Source of the DNA: an uncultured Bdellovibrionales bacterium
Lineage (GTDB): Bacteria; Bdellovibrionota; UBA1018; CAIPTA01
Length of the DNA stretch: 64,000 nucleotides
Assembly (NCBI GenBank): GCA_964551325.1
Contig: CAZKBU010000002.1
Coordinates: 269,861-333,860 of the forward strand
Direction of reading: 5' to 3'
Position numbers and translations under genes: made by a program. Numbering within the stretch: position 1 is the stretch's first letter; each line of letters starts with the position of its first letter. The notes under the pieces were generated by a model. The model was not told the DNA's origin. It did not search any database and saw nothing but the letters and a program-made list of their open reading frames with translations. This document shows, piece after piece, positions 27,984-37,524 of the stretch.

Positions 27984-29875
27984 TCCACCGTAACACTTTT
28001 GGCAAGATTTCTCGGCTGATCCACTTCAGTGCCGCGCGCTACAGCTACGTAGTAGGAAAAAAGCTGGAGCGGCACCACAGACACGATGGCGAGAAGTTCC
28101 TCAACGTCGGTATGAGTCACCTCCACAAAATCATGGCAGATCTCTCGGAAGTGAGAGTCGCCCTTTGCGCCAAGTCCCAAGAGAGTGCCGCGGCGAGCCT
28201 TTACCTCTTCGATATTGCTAACGCTCTTTTGGTGAACCATCCCCTTGCCCTCTGGCGCGATGGCAAGCACCAGAATGTCGGGTTCTACCATGGCAATCGG
28301 TCCATGCTTCAGCTCTCCCGACGGATACCCTTCGGCGTGAACGTAGGCGATTTCCTTCAGCTTAAGAGCGCCCTCCAGAGCGATCGGATGTTGAAGTCCC
28401 CGCCCAAGGTAGAGAAACCCTTTTTTATCTTTATATTTTTTAGCAAGCGCCTCAAGTTCCGGTGCGTGGTCGAGTGTTTTTTGCATCACATGGGGAAGAT
28501 GCAAAAGCGCCTCCACCCACTCTCGCTCCCCGCGCTCGCTGATCGCGCCTGTTCTACGAGCCAAAGCCCCAGCCAAAACGGCGAAGAGCGCCATTTGGGT
28601 TGTAAACGCCTTCGTGCTGGCCACACCGATTTCAATTCCGGCGTTCGTGTAAAGCACTCCGTCGCACTCCCGAGGAATCGAGGAGTCGCGAACATTACAG
28701 ATCGCAAACACCTTCATCCCTCTCTCTTTCATAAGCTTTACTGCTGCGAGAGTATCAGCGGTTTCGCCGCTCTGACTCACCACAAGTCCCACGTCGGTCG
28801 GCCGCAGCACCGGGTCCCGATAACGAAACTCACTAGCCAGCTCACATTGCGCAGGGATTCGCGCAATTTTCTCCATTAGAATTTGCCCGTACAATCCGGC
28901 ATGACGGGCAGTTCCGCACGCTACGATGTGCACCTGAGTGGACTTCGCGAAAACATCCACCAGTTCCGCTTCCGTAAATTTTCGTCTCTCCTCGTTCACC
29001 TTCTTCGATACCGCCAGTGCATCGAGCGTGAAGCGCCCGTTCGGCTTGTCCAAAAAAGCGCTGAGGGTATCAAGAAGAGCCCGCGGCTGCTCAAAGATCT
29101 CTTTCAGCATGTAGTGAGCATAGCCCTGCTTATCGATCGCATCGAGCTGCCAATCGATGGTCCTCGTTCGCAAGGGAATCTCCTTCCCATCGAGCCCCAA
29201 GACTCTCACTCGCTCGGCCGTGATTTCTGCCATCTCGTTATCATCGAGATAACAAACCTCGCGTGTGCTATCGAGTATCGCCGGCACATCACTGGCCACG
29301 AAATTTTCGTCTTTTCCGATCCCGAGCACCAAAGGTGACCCGTTACGAACCACTACTAAACGCCCAGGCTCGCGCTCGTCCATCACCACAAATGCGGATG
29401 CACCCTGAATTTCCTGAAAACTCTTTCTCACCGACTCCACCAGTGACTCACCACGCGCACGCCGACGACTGATCATGTGACTGAAGAGTTCCGTATCGGT
29501 TTGCGATAGAAACTTCACGCCCTCGCTTGCCAGAGCTTTCCGAATTTCCTGGTGGTTTTCGATGATTCCGTTGTGAACAATCGTCACATACCCCACTTTA
29601 TGGGGGTGGGCGTTCACCTCGTTTGCTTCCCCGTGGGTAGCCCAGCGTGTGTGCCCGATAGCCTGCCCTGACGGAAAATCAATCGCGTCCCAAAATTTTC
29701 GGAGTTCTTTCAGCTTCCCTGGCGCCTTAATGATCCGGGTCTCCGGCTTACCGCCACGAGCGTCGATCACCGCAATTCCCGCCGAGTCGTAGCCGCGATA
29801 TTCTAGCCGCGCCAAACCGGAGTAAATCAGGTCCTGCGCCTTTCTAGGCCCCACGTAACCCACGATTCCACACAT
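27980..29875 (-). CDS. glmS: Glutamine--fructose-6-phosphate aminotransferase
   Basis: 631 aa. N-terminal 'MCGIVGYVG' (catalytic Cys2), two SIS domains, C-terminal '...KSVTVE'. Confidence 0.9.
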   Translation of the reverse strand: MCGIVGYVGPRKAQDLIYSGLARLEYRGYDSAGIAVIDARGGKPETRIIKAPGKLKELRKFWDAIDFPSGQAIGHTRWATHGEANEVNAHPHKVGYVTIVHNGIIENHQEIRKALASEGVKFLSQTDTELFSHMISRRRARGESLVESVRKSFQEIQGASAFVVMDEREPGRLVVVRNGSPLVLGIGKDENFVASDVPAILDSTREVCYLDDNEMAEITAERVRVLGLDGKEIPLRTRTIDWQLDAIDKQGYAHYMLKEIFEQPRALLDTLSAFLDKPNGRFTLDALAVSKKVNEERRKFTEAELVDVFAKSTQVHIVACGTARHAGLYGQILMEKIARIPAQCELASEFRYRDPVLRPTDVGLVVSQSGETADTLAAVKLMKERGMKVFAICNVRDSSIPRECDGVLYTNAGIEIGVASTKAFTTQMALFAVLAGALARRTGAISERGEREWVEALLHLPHVMQKTLDHAPELEALAKKYKDKKGFLYLGRGLQHPIALEGALKLKEIAYVHAEGYPSGELKHGPIAMVEPDILVLAIAPEGKGMVHQKSVSNIEEVKARRGTLLGLGAKGDSHFREICHDFVEVTHTDVEELLAIVSVVPLQLFSYYVAVARGTEVDQPRNLAKSVTVE

Positions 29876-29878
29876 AAC

Positions 29879-31303
29879 TCAGTCCTTCTTTTTCAACTTA
29901 GCCCGGGAGCGAATTCGATCCGCATAGCCGTCTTTATTTTCTTGTTTTTGGCGAGCGATCGCCAAAGATCCGGCGGGGACGTTTCTAGTAACAGTGGTGC
30001 CAGCCGCCACATAAGCGCCATCGCCGAGCTCCACCGGAGCAACCACCTGCACATCGCTACCCACAAACACATTCTTACCCACTACCGTGCGGTGCTTGTT
30101 TTCCCCGTCATAGTTACAGGTAATGAATCCGCACCCCAAATTCGATCCCTCCCCCACATCGGCATCCCCAATGTAGGCAAGGTGGCTAGCCTTAGCATCA
30201 CGACCGATACGACTCTTCTTCACTTCCACAAAATTTCCAAGCTTCGCGCCATCGCCGATATCGGTACCCGGACGTATGCGAGCGAAGGGCCCCACCTGTG
30301 CCCCCTCTCCCACCACGCACTCTTCCAGAACGGAATAGGAGTGTACCTGCGCCCCTGCCTTCACATGGGAACTTCTAAGAACTGAGCCCGTGGAAATTCG
30401 CGCCCCGGATTCCACCTGCGTTCTCCCCTGAAGACGAACATTTGCCTCGAGAACGGCACCTGATGCGCAGTGCGCATCTACATCCACCCAAACCGAATTC
30501 GGATCCTCCACGGCGACGCCGTTCAGCATCCAAGATCTCACGATCCTTTGTCGGATCGCCTGCTGCGCTTCGGCGAGCTGCTTCATGTCGTTCACGCCAA
30601 GCAACTCCTCCGAATCTACCGAAAACGCCAGCACCTTCTTCCGCGCTTTCGAAGCCAACCCCACCACATCGGTGAAATACAGTTCTTGCGTTTTTTTCGA
30701 AGGCCTCAGCTTGGGAAGAAGCTGGTCGAGAACCTTTCGATTCACCAGATAAAGTCCCCCGTTTACTCGTCGGACCTTCTTCTCCTTATCCGTCGCTTCC
30801 TTTTCTTCCACGATCCTGGCAACGCGCGAACCTTTGCCAAGGACGCGGCCGTAGCCGTAGGGGCACTCCAGATCCATAACTCCAAGGGTAATATCGGCCC
30901 TGTTTTTGAGATGAAAGGCCAGCATCTCCTGAATCGTTTCCGCGCGGAGCAAAGGCCCATCGCCATTTACGATCATCACAAGGGCATCGTCGGGGCTCAG
31001 GGCCTCTGAGGCCACCTTCATCGCATGTCCGGTGCCCAGCTGCTCCTTTTGCCAAACCTCCTGAAAAGACTCACCATGAGCCCTCAATGCTGCCAGCACC
31101 TGATCCCGCCCAAACCCCAAAACATGGTATATCCGGCTGGCGCCGGCCTTCCTGCACGCCCGGGCCACATGGATAAGAAGAGGCAGGCCAGCCGCCTGGT
31201 GAAGCACCTTAGGGAGGGCGCTTTTCATCCGGGTTCCCTTGCCAGCGGCAAGGATGATCGCGCTAAAGGGAGGTTTCGATTGCATGGAAAAAACGTATTC
31301 CAT
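29879..31303 (-). CDS. glmU: Bifunctional UDP-N-acetylglucosamine pyrophosphorylase / glucosamine-1-phosphate N-acetyltransferase
   Basis: 474 aa. 'ILAAGKGTRMKS' nucleotidyltransferase motif and a C-terminal left-handed beta-helix of hexapeptide repeats. Confidence 0.9.
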   Translation of the reverse strand: MEYVFSMQSKPPFSAIILAAGKGTRMKSALPKVLHQAAGLPLLIHVARACRKAGASRIYHVLGFGRDQVLAALRAHGESFQEVWQKEQLGTGHAMKVASEALSPDDALVMIVNGDGPLLRAETIQEMLAFHLKNRADITLGVMDLECPYGYGRVLGKGSRVARIVEEKEATDKEKKVRRVNGGLYLVNRKVLDQLLPKLRPSKKTQELYFTDVVGLASKARKKVLAFSVDSEELLGVNDMKQLAEAQQAIRQRIVRSWMLNGVAVEDPNSVWVDVDAHCASGAVLEANVRLQGRTQVESGARISTGSVLRSSHVKAGAQVHSYSVLEECVVGEGAQVGPFARIRPGTDIGDGAKLGNFVEVKKSRIGRDAKASHLAYIGDADVGEGSNLGCGFITCNYDGENKHRTVVGKNVFVGSDVQVVAPVELGDGAYVAAGTTVTRNVPAGSLAIARQKQENKDGYADRIRSRAKLKKKD

Positions 31304-31389
31304 TCCGAGGGCTTAAGCAAACCCCCTTCCCTTTTCCCCGGGCCTTGTGGTAGGTAGCAAAGCTATTCATTTTGGAAAGGATTTTGTTC

Positions 31390-31755
31390 ATGCCCAGCTA
31401 CGAACTCACCATTATCGCCAAGCCCCACACGGGCGAAGACCAGATCAACGCTCTTAAGAGCAAGGTCGAAAGCGTGGTGCAGGCCCACAGCGGTCAAGTG
31501 GCCAACTATGAAGATTGGGGCACTCGCCGCATGGCCCACGACATTCAGAAAGAGAACCGTGGTCGCTACGTTTACTTCGGGTTCACCGGAAACAATGAAA
31601 CCGTGGCCGAACTCGAGCGTAACCTTCGAATTAACGAGAACGTGGTTCGATACCTCTCGATTCTTGTGAACAAGGAAGAGGACCTGGAAACCCTTCGTCA
31701 GCCCTCGCCTATGAAGCGCGTAAAGAAGCCGTCTGAGGAAGGCCTTCTCAACTGA
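31390..31755 (+). CDS. rpsF: 30S ribosomal protein S6
   Basis: Trimmed to 'MPSYELTIIAKP' (AGGA RBS upstream). 'YEDWGTRRMAH...GRYVYF' S6 signature. Acidic C-terminal tail. Confidence 0.85.
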   Translation: MPSYELTIIAKPHTGEDQINALKSKVESVVQAHSGQVANYEDWGTRRMAHDIQKENRGRYVYFGFTGNNETVAELERNLRINENVVRYLSILVNKEEDLETLRQPSPMKRVKKPSEEGLLN

Positions 31756-31757
31756 GA

Positions 31758-32723
31758 ATGGATCTTTCTGACGCTCCAGCTAAGCCCAGGAACGAACACG
31801 TTTCCTGGGCTTTTGCTTTGGCGCTGGCCCTTTTAGCCCCGGTTCTTTTCCTAAGCCTTCTATTTGCCGTTTTTGCGCCCGTGCCTCTCCTTTACCTCCA
31901 TCGCGGCACCGGAGACCCCCAAAAAGGGCGTTGGTTTGCCTGGCTTGCGGTTCCGTTTGGGGCTTTTCTTTGTTTTCTCTCCCGAGGGTGGCCTCTTGGC
32001 TTGGCGTTTCTTGTTTTGGCTGGAATTCCAGCTCTGGTTCTTGGGGAATCCCTCCGGAAACAATGGCGCGTCGAAATTTGTGTCGCCTTGGCTGTGGGAG
32101 TGATTTTGGCCTTCCTAGGAGCCGGCGCCCTGGTTTGGGGGCAGAGTTTCGGCGTTAACCCCCTCTCTGAAGCCCGAACCGCCCTGCACGACCTGATTGC
32201 CGAAGTGGCCAAGAGCCTTCTGGATGGAAGCCAGAAACTATCCGCCACCTCTGAGGAAGAAATCCGCAAACTCGCTTCCCAGCCCGATGTGTTCCTTAGA
32301 GAGGTTCCGGGCCTACTGCTCTCCTCCCTGCTTCTCTCCTGTTCGCTCCCCGTAGTGGCCCTAATTCGCTGGAATCCAAAGGGCTTTGTAAAGCGGAGCG
32401 GCATTCCACGCGACTTTCTACGGCGGTGGAAAACCCCGGAGTGGCTGGTTTGGCCCGCTCTTGCGGCGGTGGCTCTCCTCATCTGGGAGGTACCAATTGC
32501 CACCGATGTGGCCCAGAACCTCTTGAAACCCATCATCTTGATTTACTTTTTTCAGGGAATGAGTATTCTAGCGTTCTTTCTGGATTCGATTCGCTGGAGA
32601 GGGACCATACGGGCCTTGGTCTACGGGATGATGATCCTGTTTTTGACCCCGATGCTGGTGAGTTTTGGCTTTTTCGATCTCTGGTTTGATTTTCGAAAGA
32701 GATTCAGAAGTTTAGAGGAGTAA
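31758..32723 (+). CDS. Polytopic membrane protein, YybS-like (DUF2232-type) candidate
   Basis: 321 aa, ~8 TM segments. It sits between rpsF and rplI, as yybS sits upstream of rplI in Bacillus. No catalytic motif. Assignment is by topology and synteny only. Confidence 0.35.
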   Translation: MDLSDAPAKPRNEHVSWAFALALALLAPVLFLSLLFAVFAPVPLLYLHRGTGDPQKGRWFAWLAVPFGAFLCFLSRGWPLGLAFLVLAGIPALVLGESLRKQWRVEICVALAVGVILAFLGAGALVWGQSFGVNPLSEARTALHDLIAEVAKSLLDGSQKLSATSEEEIRKLASQPDVFLREVPGLLLSSLLLSCSLPVVALIRWNPKGFVKRSGIPRDFLRRWKTPEWLVWPALAAVALLIWEVPIATDVAQNLLKPIILIYFFQGMSILAFFLDSIRWRGTIRALVYGMMILFLTPMLVSFGFFDLWFDFRKRFRSLEE

Positions 32724-32725
32724 GT

Positions 32726-33175
32726 ATGAACGTAATTCTTAAGGAACGGGTAGTTGGACTCGGTTCGATTGGTGAACTCAAGAAGGTAAGCGCCGGCTTC
32801 GCCCGGAACTTTCTTCTCCCCCGCGGGTTGGCTGCCATTGCCAATGCTAAGGAAGTGGCCCAAGTGGAGCACCAAAAGCGCGCCCTAAAGAAGAAAATGG
32901 CGCAGCTTAAAGCCGACATGGATGCCCTTCAAAAACAAATCGAGAACGCTCCGATCGTGATCCGCCGCAAGGCAGGCGATAGTGGCAAGCTTTTCGGCTC
33001 CATTACCCATCAAGACATTGCTGATGCCTTGAAGGAAAAGGGCGTTGCAGTAGACAAGCGCTCGATTGAAGTAGAGGGCACCATCAAGAAGCTGGGCACC
33101 TTTAAAGTACCGGTTCGCCTTATGGAAGGCGTAGTGGCCGAAGTAAACCTGTCGGTAGTTGCCGACGTAGAGTAA
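32726..33175 (+). CDS. rplI: 50S ribosomal protein L9
   Basis: 149 aa. 'MNVILKERVVGLGSIGELKKVSAGFARNFLLPRGLA' N-domain. Confidence 0.9.
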   Translation: MNVILKERVVGLGSIGELKKVSAGFARNFLLPRGLAAIANAKEVAQVEHQKRALKKKMAQLKADMDALQKQIENAPIVIRRKAGDSGKLFGSITHQDIADALKEKGVAVDKRSIEVEGTIKKLGTFKVPVRLMEGVVAEVNLSVVADVE

Positions 33176-33188
33176 GTCACCCTCAAAC

Positions 33189-33230
33189 GGCCTGGGATCG
33201 CCACCGGCGATTCTGGGCCTTTTCTTTTTA
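33189..33230 (+). terminator. Rho-independent terminator after rplI
   Basis: 14-bp stem GGCCTGGGATCGCC / GGCGATTCTGGGCC (three G-U pairs), loop ACCG, then TTTTCTTTTT. Confidence 0.55.
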
Positions 33231-33286
33231 CAGCGGCGCCGCGCCTTTCTTCGATCGCCAGAACCAAGTAACTATCTCCCGGAGGG

Positions 33287-34720
33287 GTGGATATGCAGGA
33301 GTTTGAAAGAAGACCATCGGGTGCGTCTTTTTCGCCAGATCTCGCGGTCTCGGGAAGAATGCCGCCCCACAACCAGGAAGCGGAAATGGGAGTTCTTGGC
33401 GGACTTCTCCTGGAGAACTCCTCCCTCCTACAAATCGGAGAAATGAACCTCCGCGCCGAAGACTTCTACTCCGAGGCTCACCAGCATATTTTCCGAGCAA
33501 TCTGGGAACTCCTCCAGGTTAAGGCGCAACCGGCCGACATTATCACCGTGTCTCATTTCCTTCAGAACCAGGGACTCCTAGAAAAGGCCGGCGGACGACA
33601 ATACATCGCCGACCTCGCCGACTTCGACTACTCCACTTCTAATATCGCCCACTACGCCCAAATTGTTCGCGACAAGAGTCAGCAGCGCCAAATTATCCGT
33701 GTGTGCCAGGAGCAAAGCCAAAAGGCCTACTCCGGCATCGAAGATCATTCGTCGTTCACGGAGGAAACCGAGAAAAAGGTTCTTTCAGCCACCTCCAATG
33801 ACAACCGCTCCGATTTCGACGCTCTCAAGGATGTTCTCGTAAGGAACTTCACACAACTCCAAGAACAGGCAATGAAAGACGGACAGCTCACGGGAGTGCC
33901 TTCTGGATTCCGCGATCTGGATAAGGAAACCAGCGGATTTCATGGCGGTCAGCTTATTATCGTGGCCGCCCGTCCCGGTATGGGGAAAACCTCGTTCATG
34001 TTGAATCTGGCTCTTCACGCAGCCGAAAAGAACAACGGAGTGGCTGTGTTTTCTCTCGAAATGGCCCGAGAGGAGCTCTCAATGCGCCTCCTTGCCATGG
34101 AGTCCAGAGTCGACTCGAGTCGGCTCAAAAACGCCCGCAAGCTACAAGACGACGACTGGAAAAAACTGACTCGTGCCGCAGGAAAACTCTCGGAGATGCC
34201 GGTTTTCATCGACGATACCGCTGCCTTGAATCTCCTAGAAATCAAGAGCCGATGCCGGCGCCTACAAACTCGTCACGGCCTGGGACTCGTCATTGTAGAC
34301 TACCTTCAGCTGATGCGGGGTTTAGGAAACAAGGGTGCCGGATCTTCCAGCGAACGCCAGCTGGAAATTGCTGAAATTTCCCGCGGGCTCAAGGCTCTCG
34401 CCAAAGAAATGAATGTGCCCGTGATCGCCGCCTCTCAGCTCAACCGGGGAGTGGAAAGCCGTCAAGACAAGCGCCCGATGCTTTCGGACCTTCGCGAATC
34501 CGGCGCCATCGAACAAGACGCCGACATGGTGCTCTTTATTCACCGAGAAGAGATGTATCAGAAGGACTCTCCCGACCATAAGGGCGAAGCAGAATTAATC
34601 ATCGGCAAGCACCGCGCTGGTAGTGTTGGATCCGTAAAACTCACCTGGCTCGGTCAATACACGACCTTCAAAGATTGGTCGGGCGTGGAAGTTCCGGACA
34701 TGGGCGCGTCGCCGTTTTAA
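33287..34720 (+). CDS. dnaB: Replicative DNA helicase
   Basis: 477 aa. 'PHNQEAEMGVLGGLLLEN' N-terminal motif, Walker A 'ARPGMGKTSF', 'SQLNRGVESRQDKRPMLSDLRESGAIEQDAD'. No intein. Confidence 0.9.
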   Translation: MDMQEFERRPSGASFSPDLAVSGRMPPHNQEAEMGVLGGLLLENSSLLQIGEMNLRAEDFYSEAHQHIFRAIWELLQVKAQPADIITVSHFLQNQGLLEKAGGRQYIADLADFDYSTSNIAHYAQIVRDKSQQRQIIRVCQEQSQKAYSGIEDHSSFTEETEKKVLSATSNDNRSDFDALKDVLVRNFTQLQEQAMKDGQLTGVPSGFRDLDKETSGFHGGQLIIVAARPGMGKTSFMLNLALHAAEKNNGVAVFSLEMAREELSMRLLAMESRVDSSRLKNARKLQDDDWKKLTRAAGKLSEMPVFIDDTAALNLLEIKSRCRRLQTRHGLGLVIVDYLQLMRGLGNKGAGSSSERQLEIAEISRGLKALAKEMNVPVIAASQLNRGVESRQDKRPMLSDLRESGAIEQDADMVLFIHREEMYQKDSPDHKGEAELIIGKHRAGSVGSVKLTWLGQYTTFKDWSGVEVPDMGASPF

Positions 34721-34732
34721 CGGCACCACGAG

Positions 34733-35191
34733 TTAGGTCTCCGCACTATAAGGATCGAAATTATCCTCTAGTTTATTAGTCCAGTGCCCGGGAGTGCAGT
34801 AGCCCGGAGCGCACACCACCTCAAGCTTGATTCGGTCTGGATCCTCGAAAAACACCGAGTAATACGATTCATCGCCCGTTGGAACGCCCCCGTAGAGACA
34901 AGGAATTCCGAGTGGCCCCAATACCCCACTCACAAAGCGATCTACCTCAGTCTTTGATTCCACGCTAAATGCCAGATGGTTCAGACCCACTCTTTTTCGA
35001 TGATAGCCGTCTTTTAGGAAATTCGGATCCGCGGGGCCCAGAACTAACTTTAAAAAACCATCCGAGTAGGTGGTGTGACCGGTCTGGCAAACAAGTCGCT
35101 TCCACCCTAGTGGAATTAAAATTTTGTCATAGAAGCGAACACTTGCCCGATAATCAGAAACGTAAATCTCGATATGGCTGATTGAACTCAT
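34733..35191 (-). CDS. VOC-family (glyoxalase/bleomycin-resistance/dioxygenase fold) protein
   Basis: 152 aa. 'ISHIEIYVSDYRASVRFYDKILIPLGW' beta-alpha-beta-beta-beta module and a second half-site 'HLAF'. Confidence 0.7.
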   Translation of the reverse strand: MSSISHIEIYVSDYRASVRFYDKILIPLGWKRLVCQTGHTTYSDGFLKLVLGPADPNFLKDGYHRKRVGLNHLAFSVESKTEVDRFVSGVLGPLGIPCLYGGVPTGDESYYSVFFEDPDRIKLEVVCAPGYCTPGHWTNKLEDNFDPYSAET

Positions 35192-35371
35192 TTCATACCC
35201 TCTCTCGCGTTATGAGCCCGAGCCAAAATGTGCGCCAGCGCGGCCGCACAAGTGAAGGCGATCAAGGCCTAGCAGAGCTAGGTTGCGGGAGCCTGAACGC
35301 GGAGAACAAAGCTGGCGCACGGTTGGGCCGGGCGCAGTAGAGAGGAGGTATGAAATGAGTTCTAAACTCAT

Positions 35372-35674
35372 CTACTCATCTTCGTCGCTGGGGCTTCCCT
35401 CGAGTTCGGAAAGCCGGCTCTCCAGCTCATCGATCCGCTCCTCAAGTCGTTCAATGTCGGCCTTCGTCACAAATCCAAAAGAGTGCATCATCTCTTTCAG
35501 TTGGGGACGGAGCTGTTCCAAGCGGAAATTTTTCGCCGCCTCCGAGGCCATGCCCAAAATCAGGGTGGCATTCGCCAAACCCTCAGTTTTCAATGTCTCT
35601 AGGAGGTGAAGTGGTTCTTTCACCTGATCCATCACCCGATTAACCCGCGACGCCTTTGGTTTCTTCTTCGCCAT
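35372..35674 (-). CDS. Small charged helical protein, phasin / PHA-granule-associated-like (weak)
   Basis: 100 aa. 'KADIERLEERIDELESRLSELE' coiled coil and acidic tail. Resemblance to the phasin family is loose. Confidence 0.25.
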   Translation of the reverse strand: MAKKKPKASRVNRVMDQVKEPLHLLETLKTEGLANATLILGMASEAAKNFRLEQLRPQLKEMMHSFGFVTKADIERLEERIDELESRLSELEGSPSDEDE

Positions 35675-35676
35675 TG

Positions 35677-36786
35677 CTATCTCCGTTTCTTGCAGCTCTC
35701 TTTGTATCTATTAACACCATCGGCCACTGCACGGGCGAGACTTTCGAGAAAAAATCGCTGCTGCAATAATTGCCGGTCCCGTGAGTTCGTTACATAACCA
35801 AGCTCCACGAGCGCAGCAGGCATCGATGCTCGATTTAAAACGAAGAACGGAGCCTGCCGCACACCGCGATTCTTCCATTTCGCACGAATCACCCCGGAAG
35901 CGTGTAGGCGCTTGGCAGTGGTCTCTACCTGCTCTTGGATGTAACTGGCAAGATAGGCGCTGTCTTGAAGGTAGGCCACTTGCTGAATGTCCCAAAGTAT
36001 CTCTTGCACCGCACTCCCCTGCTTTTTGGCTTCCTCAGGGATAGCGTTCTCGATCAGAGCTAGTTTTCTTGCGGCCGCATCCGTGGCGTCTGCGCTGAGA
36101 ATATAAGTTTCCGTCCCCTCCACCTCAGAGTCTGGAGCGGAATTCACATGCAAGCTGAGAAAAAGATCGGCTTTCCAGTCTAGGGCCAGGCGCGAACGCA
36201 CATCTAAGGGCAGAAACACATCCTTGGTTCGAGTAAGGCTCACGAGAAAGCCTCGCCGCCTCAACTCCTCGGCCAAAATGGAAGCGAAGCGAAGCACCAC
36301 ATCTTTTTCCTTTACTCCCTCGCGCTTCGCACCGTGATCGTCTCCACCGTGGCCAGGATCCAGCATCACCCGATGCACGGGTCGCTGCAGCATGCACACG
36401 CCGCCATCGATTTCTCCCACCACTTTTTCGAGCGAAGACTCCAGCGCATCAACCTCTTTCTGACTAAAGAGGTGCCGCCCCAACTGCCGAATCGCTCCCG
36501 CGCTGAGCAGTAGCCTGTCTTGGCGGCGCGTGAGCGGCTCCGGGATCGCCAAAAAAACTCCATTGGCGATCAGATAGGGGGCACCTTCCAACATCATGGC
36601 CGTGCGCTTCGACACTTTGTGTTCCAGGAGGAGCTTTCCCTCATCGCGCTGATGCCAGGATTTCAATGGGAATGCGTCCGCCAAAGCGGTCACATCGATC
36701 CAGGGACTTCCCTGCACAAGCTTCCAGGGCAAATCACTTCCCCACGCCTGGGAAACGAAGAGGAGGAAGAAACAAAGTATGCGCAT
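35677..36786 (-). CDS. N-acetylmuramoyl-L-alanine amidase (Amidase_3, AmiC-like) with N-terminal AMIN-like region
   Basis: Trimmed to 'MRILCFFLLFVSQAWG' signal peptide (the ORF-track start is 37083). Catalytic region 'VMLDPGHGGDDHGA...FLSLHVNSAP...' carries the zinc ligands of Amidase_3. Confidence 0.8.
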   Translation of the reverse strand: MRILCFFLLFVSQAWGSDLPWKLVQGSPWIDVTALADAFPLKSWHQRDEGKLLLEHKVSKRTAMMLEGAPYLIANGVFLAIPEPLTRRQDRLLLSAGAIRQLGRHLFSQKEVDALESSLEKVVGEIDGGVCMLQRPVHRVMLDPGHGGDDHGAKREGVKEKDVVLRFASILAEELRRRGFLVSLTRTKDVFLPLDVRSRLALDWKADLFLSLHVNSAPDSEVEGTETYILSADATDAAARKLALIENAIPEEAKKQGSAVQEILWDIQQVAYLQDSAYLASYIQEQVETTAKRLHASGVIRAKWKNRGVRQAPFFVLNRASMPAALVELGYVTNSRDRQLLQQRFFLESLARAVADGVNRYKESCKKRR

Positions 36787-36849
36787 GATCTGAATTCTAC
36801 CCTGCGATTTGACAAGCGCGAACCCCCAACCGTAGAACTCCACCGACTC

Positions 36850-37506
36850 ATGAAATATGAACTCCGAAAAACCGGCGACGGCAGCCTTACCGTGTACCAC
36901 CCTGGCGTTGGGGAGTCGTTCAAGTCGGGACACGCGGCACGCACGGAGGCAGAATGGGTGTTTCTGCGCCCGGCTGTATTGGAGCATCCCCATTTGCATC
37001 AGGAGAGTCCGTTTCGGGTCCTGGAACTGGGATTCGGCCTCGGAACCAACTTCCAGTTCTTGGTCGACTGGCACAAACTCCATGCCTTCCGATCACTCGA
37101 GTTCACCTCCATAGATCGAGATCTCACGGGCGCCGCATACCTTGCCGGTCAAGGCGGTGCGGCAACCGAGACTGTAGCTCTTCTGGAAGGTCGAACATGG
37201 AAATGCGAAGGCCTAATTGCCCGGTTGCTGGAAAGCACCTTTGAGACAGAGTTAGCGAAGTTTCCAGATCATCACTTCCACGCAGTGTTTTTTGACCCAT
37301 TTTCCCCGAAGGCCGAGCCCGAATCCTGGGCGCTCCCGATCTTTCAGGAGGTGGCTAGAGTTGTGAAGCCTGGAGCCCGATTGGCCACGTATTCGGTAAG
37401 CAGAACGGCCAAAGACGGTCTCTCTCAGTCTGGCTTCCAATGGACGAAAACCTCGCTTCCCGAGGCCCTCCATAAACGCAACGGAATGCTTGCTATTCGA
37501 CTCTAG
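36850..37506 (+). CDS. MnmC-like tRNA (mnm5s2U34) methyltransferase domain protein (DUF752/MnmC N-terminal domain only)
   Basis: Trimmed to 'MKYELRKTGDGSLTVYHP' (the ORF-track start is 36520, antisense to the amidase). 'LELGFGLGTNF' SAM-binding loop and 'FFDPFSPKAEPESW' match the MnmC MTase-domain motifs 'ETGFGTGLNF' / 'DGFAPAKNPxxW'. Confidence 0.55.
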   Translation: MKYELRKTGDGSLTVYHPGVGESFKSGHAARTEAEWVFLRPAVLEHPHLHQESPFRVLELGFGLGTNFQFLVDWHKLHAFRSLEFTSIDRDLTGAAYLAGQGGAATETVALLEGRTWKCEGLIARLLESTFETELAKFPDHHFHAVFFDPFSPKAEPESWALPIFQEVARVVKPGARLATYSVSRTAKDGLSQSGFQWTKTSLPEALHKRNGMLAIRL

Positions 37507-37524
37507 GCTCCCCTAAAAAGAGAC

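Noticed and set aside
36520-36849. N-terminal 110 aa of the ORF-track 36520..37506 protein
   Set aside because: It is antisense to the amidase coding region. The MnmC-like domain begins at the ATG at 36850.
36787-37083. N-terminal extension of the amidase ORF (ORF-track start 37083)
   Set aside because: The signal peptide MRILCFFLLFVSQAWG begins at an internal ATG (36786). The extension overlaps the divergent MnmC-like gene.
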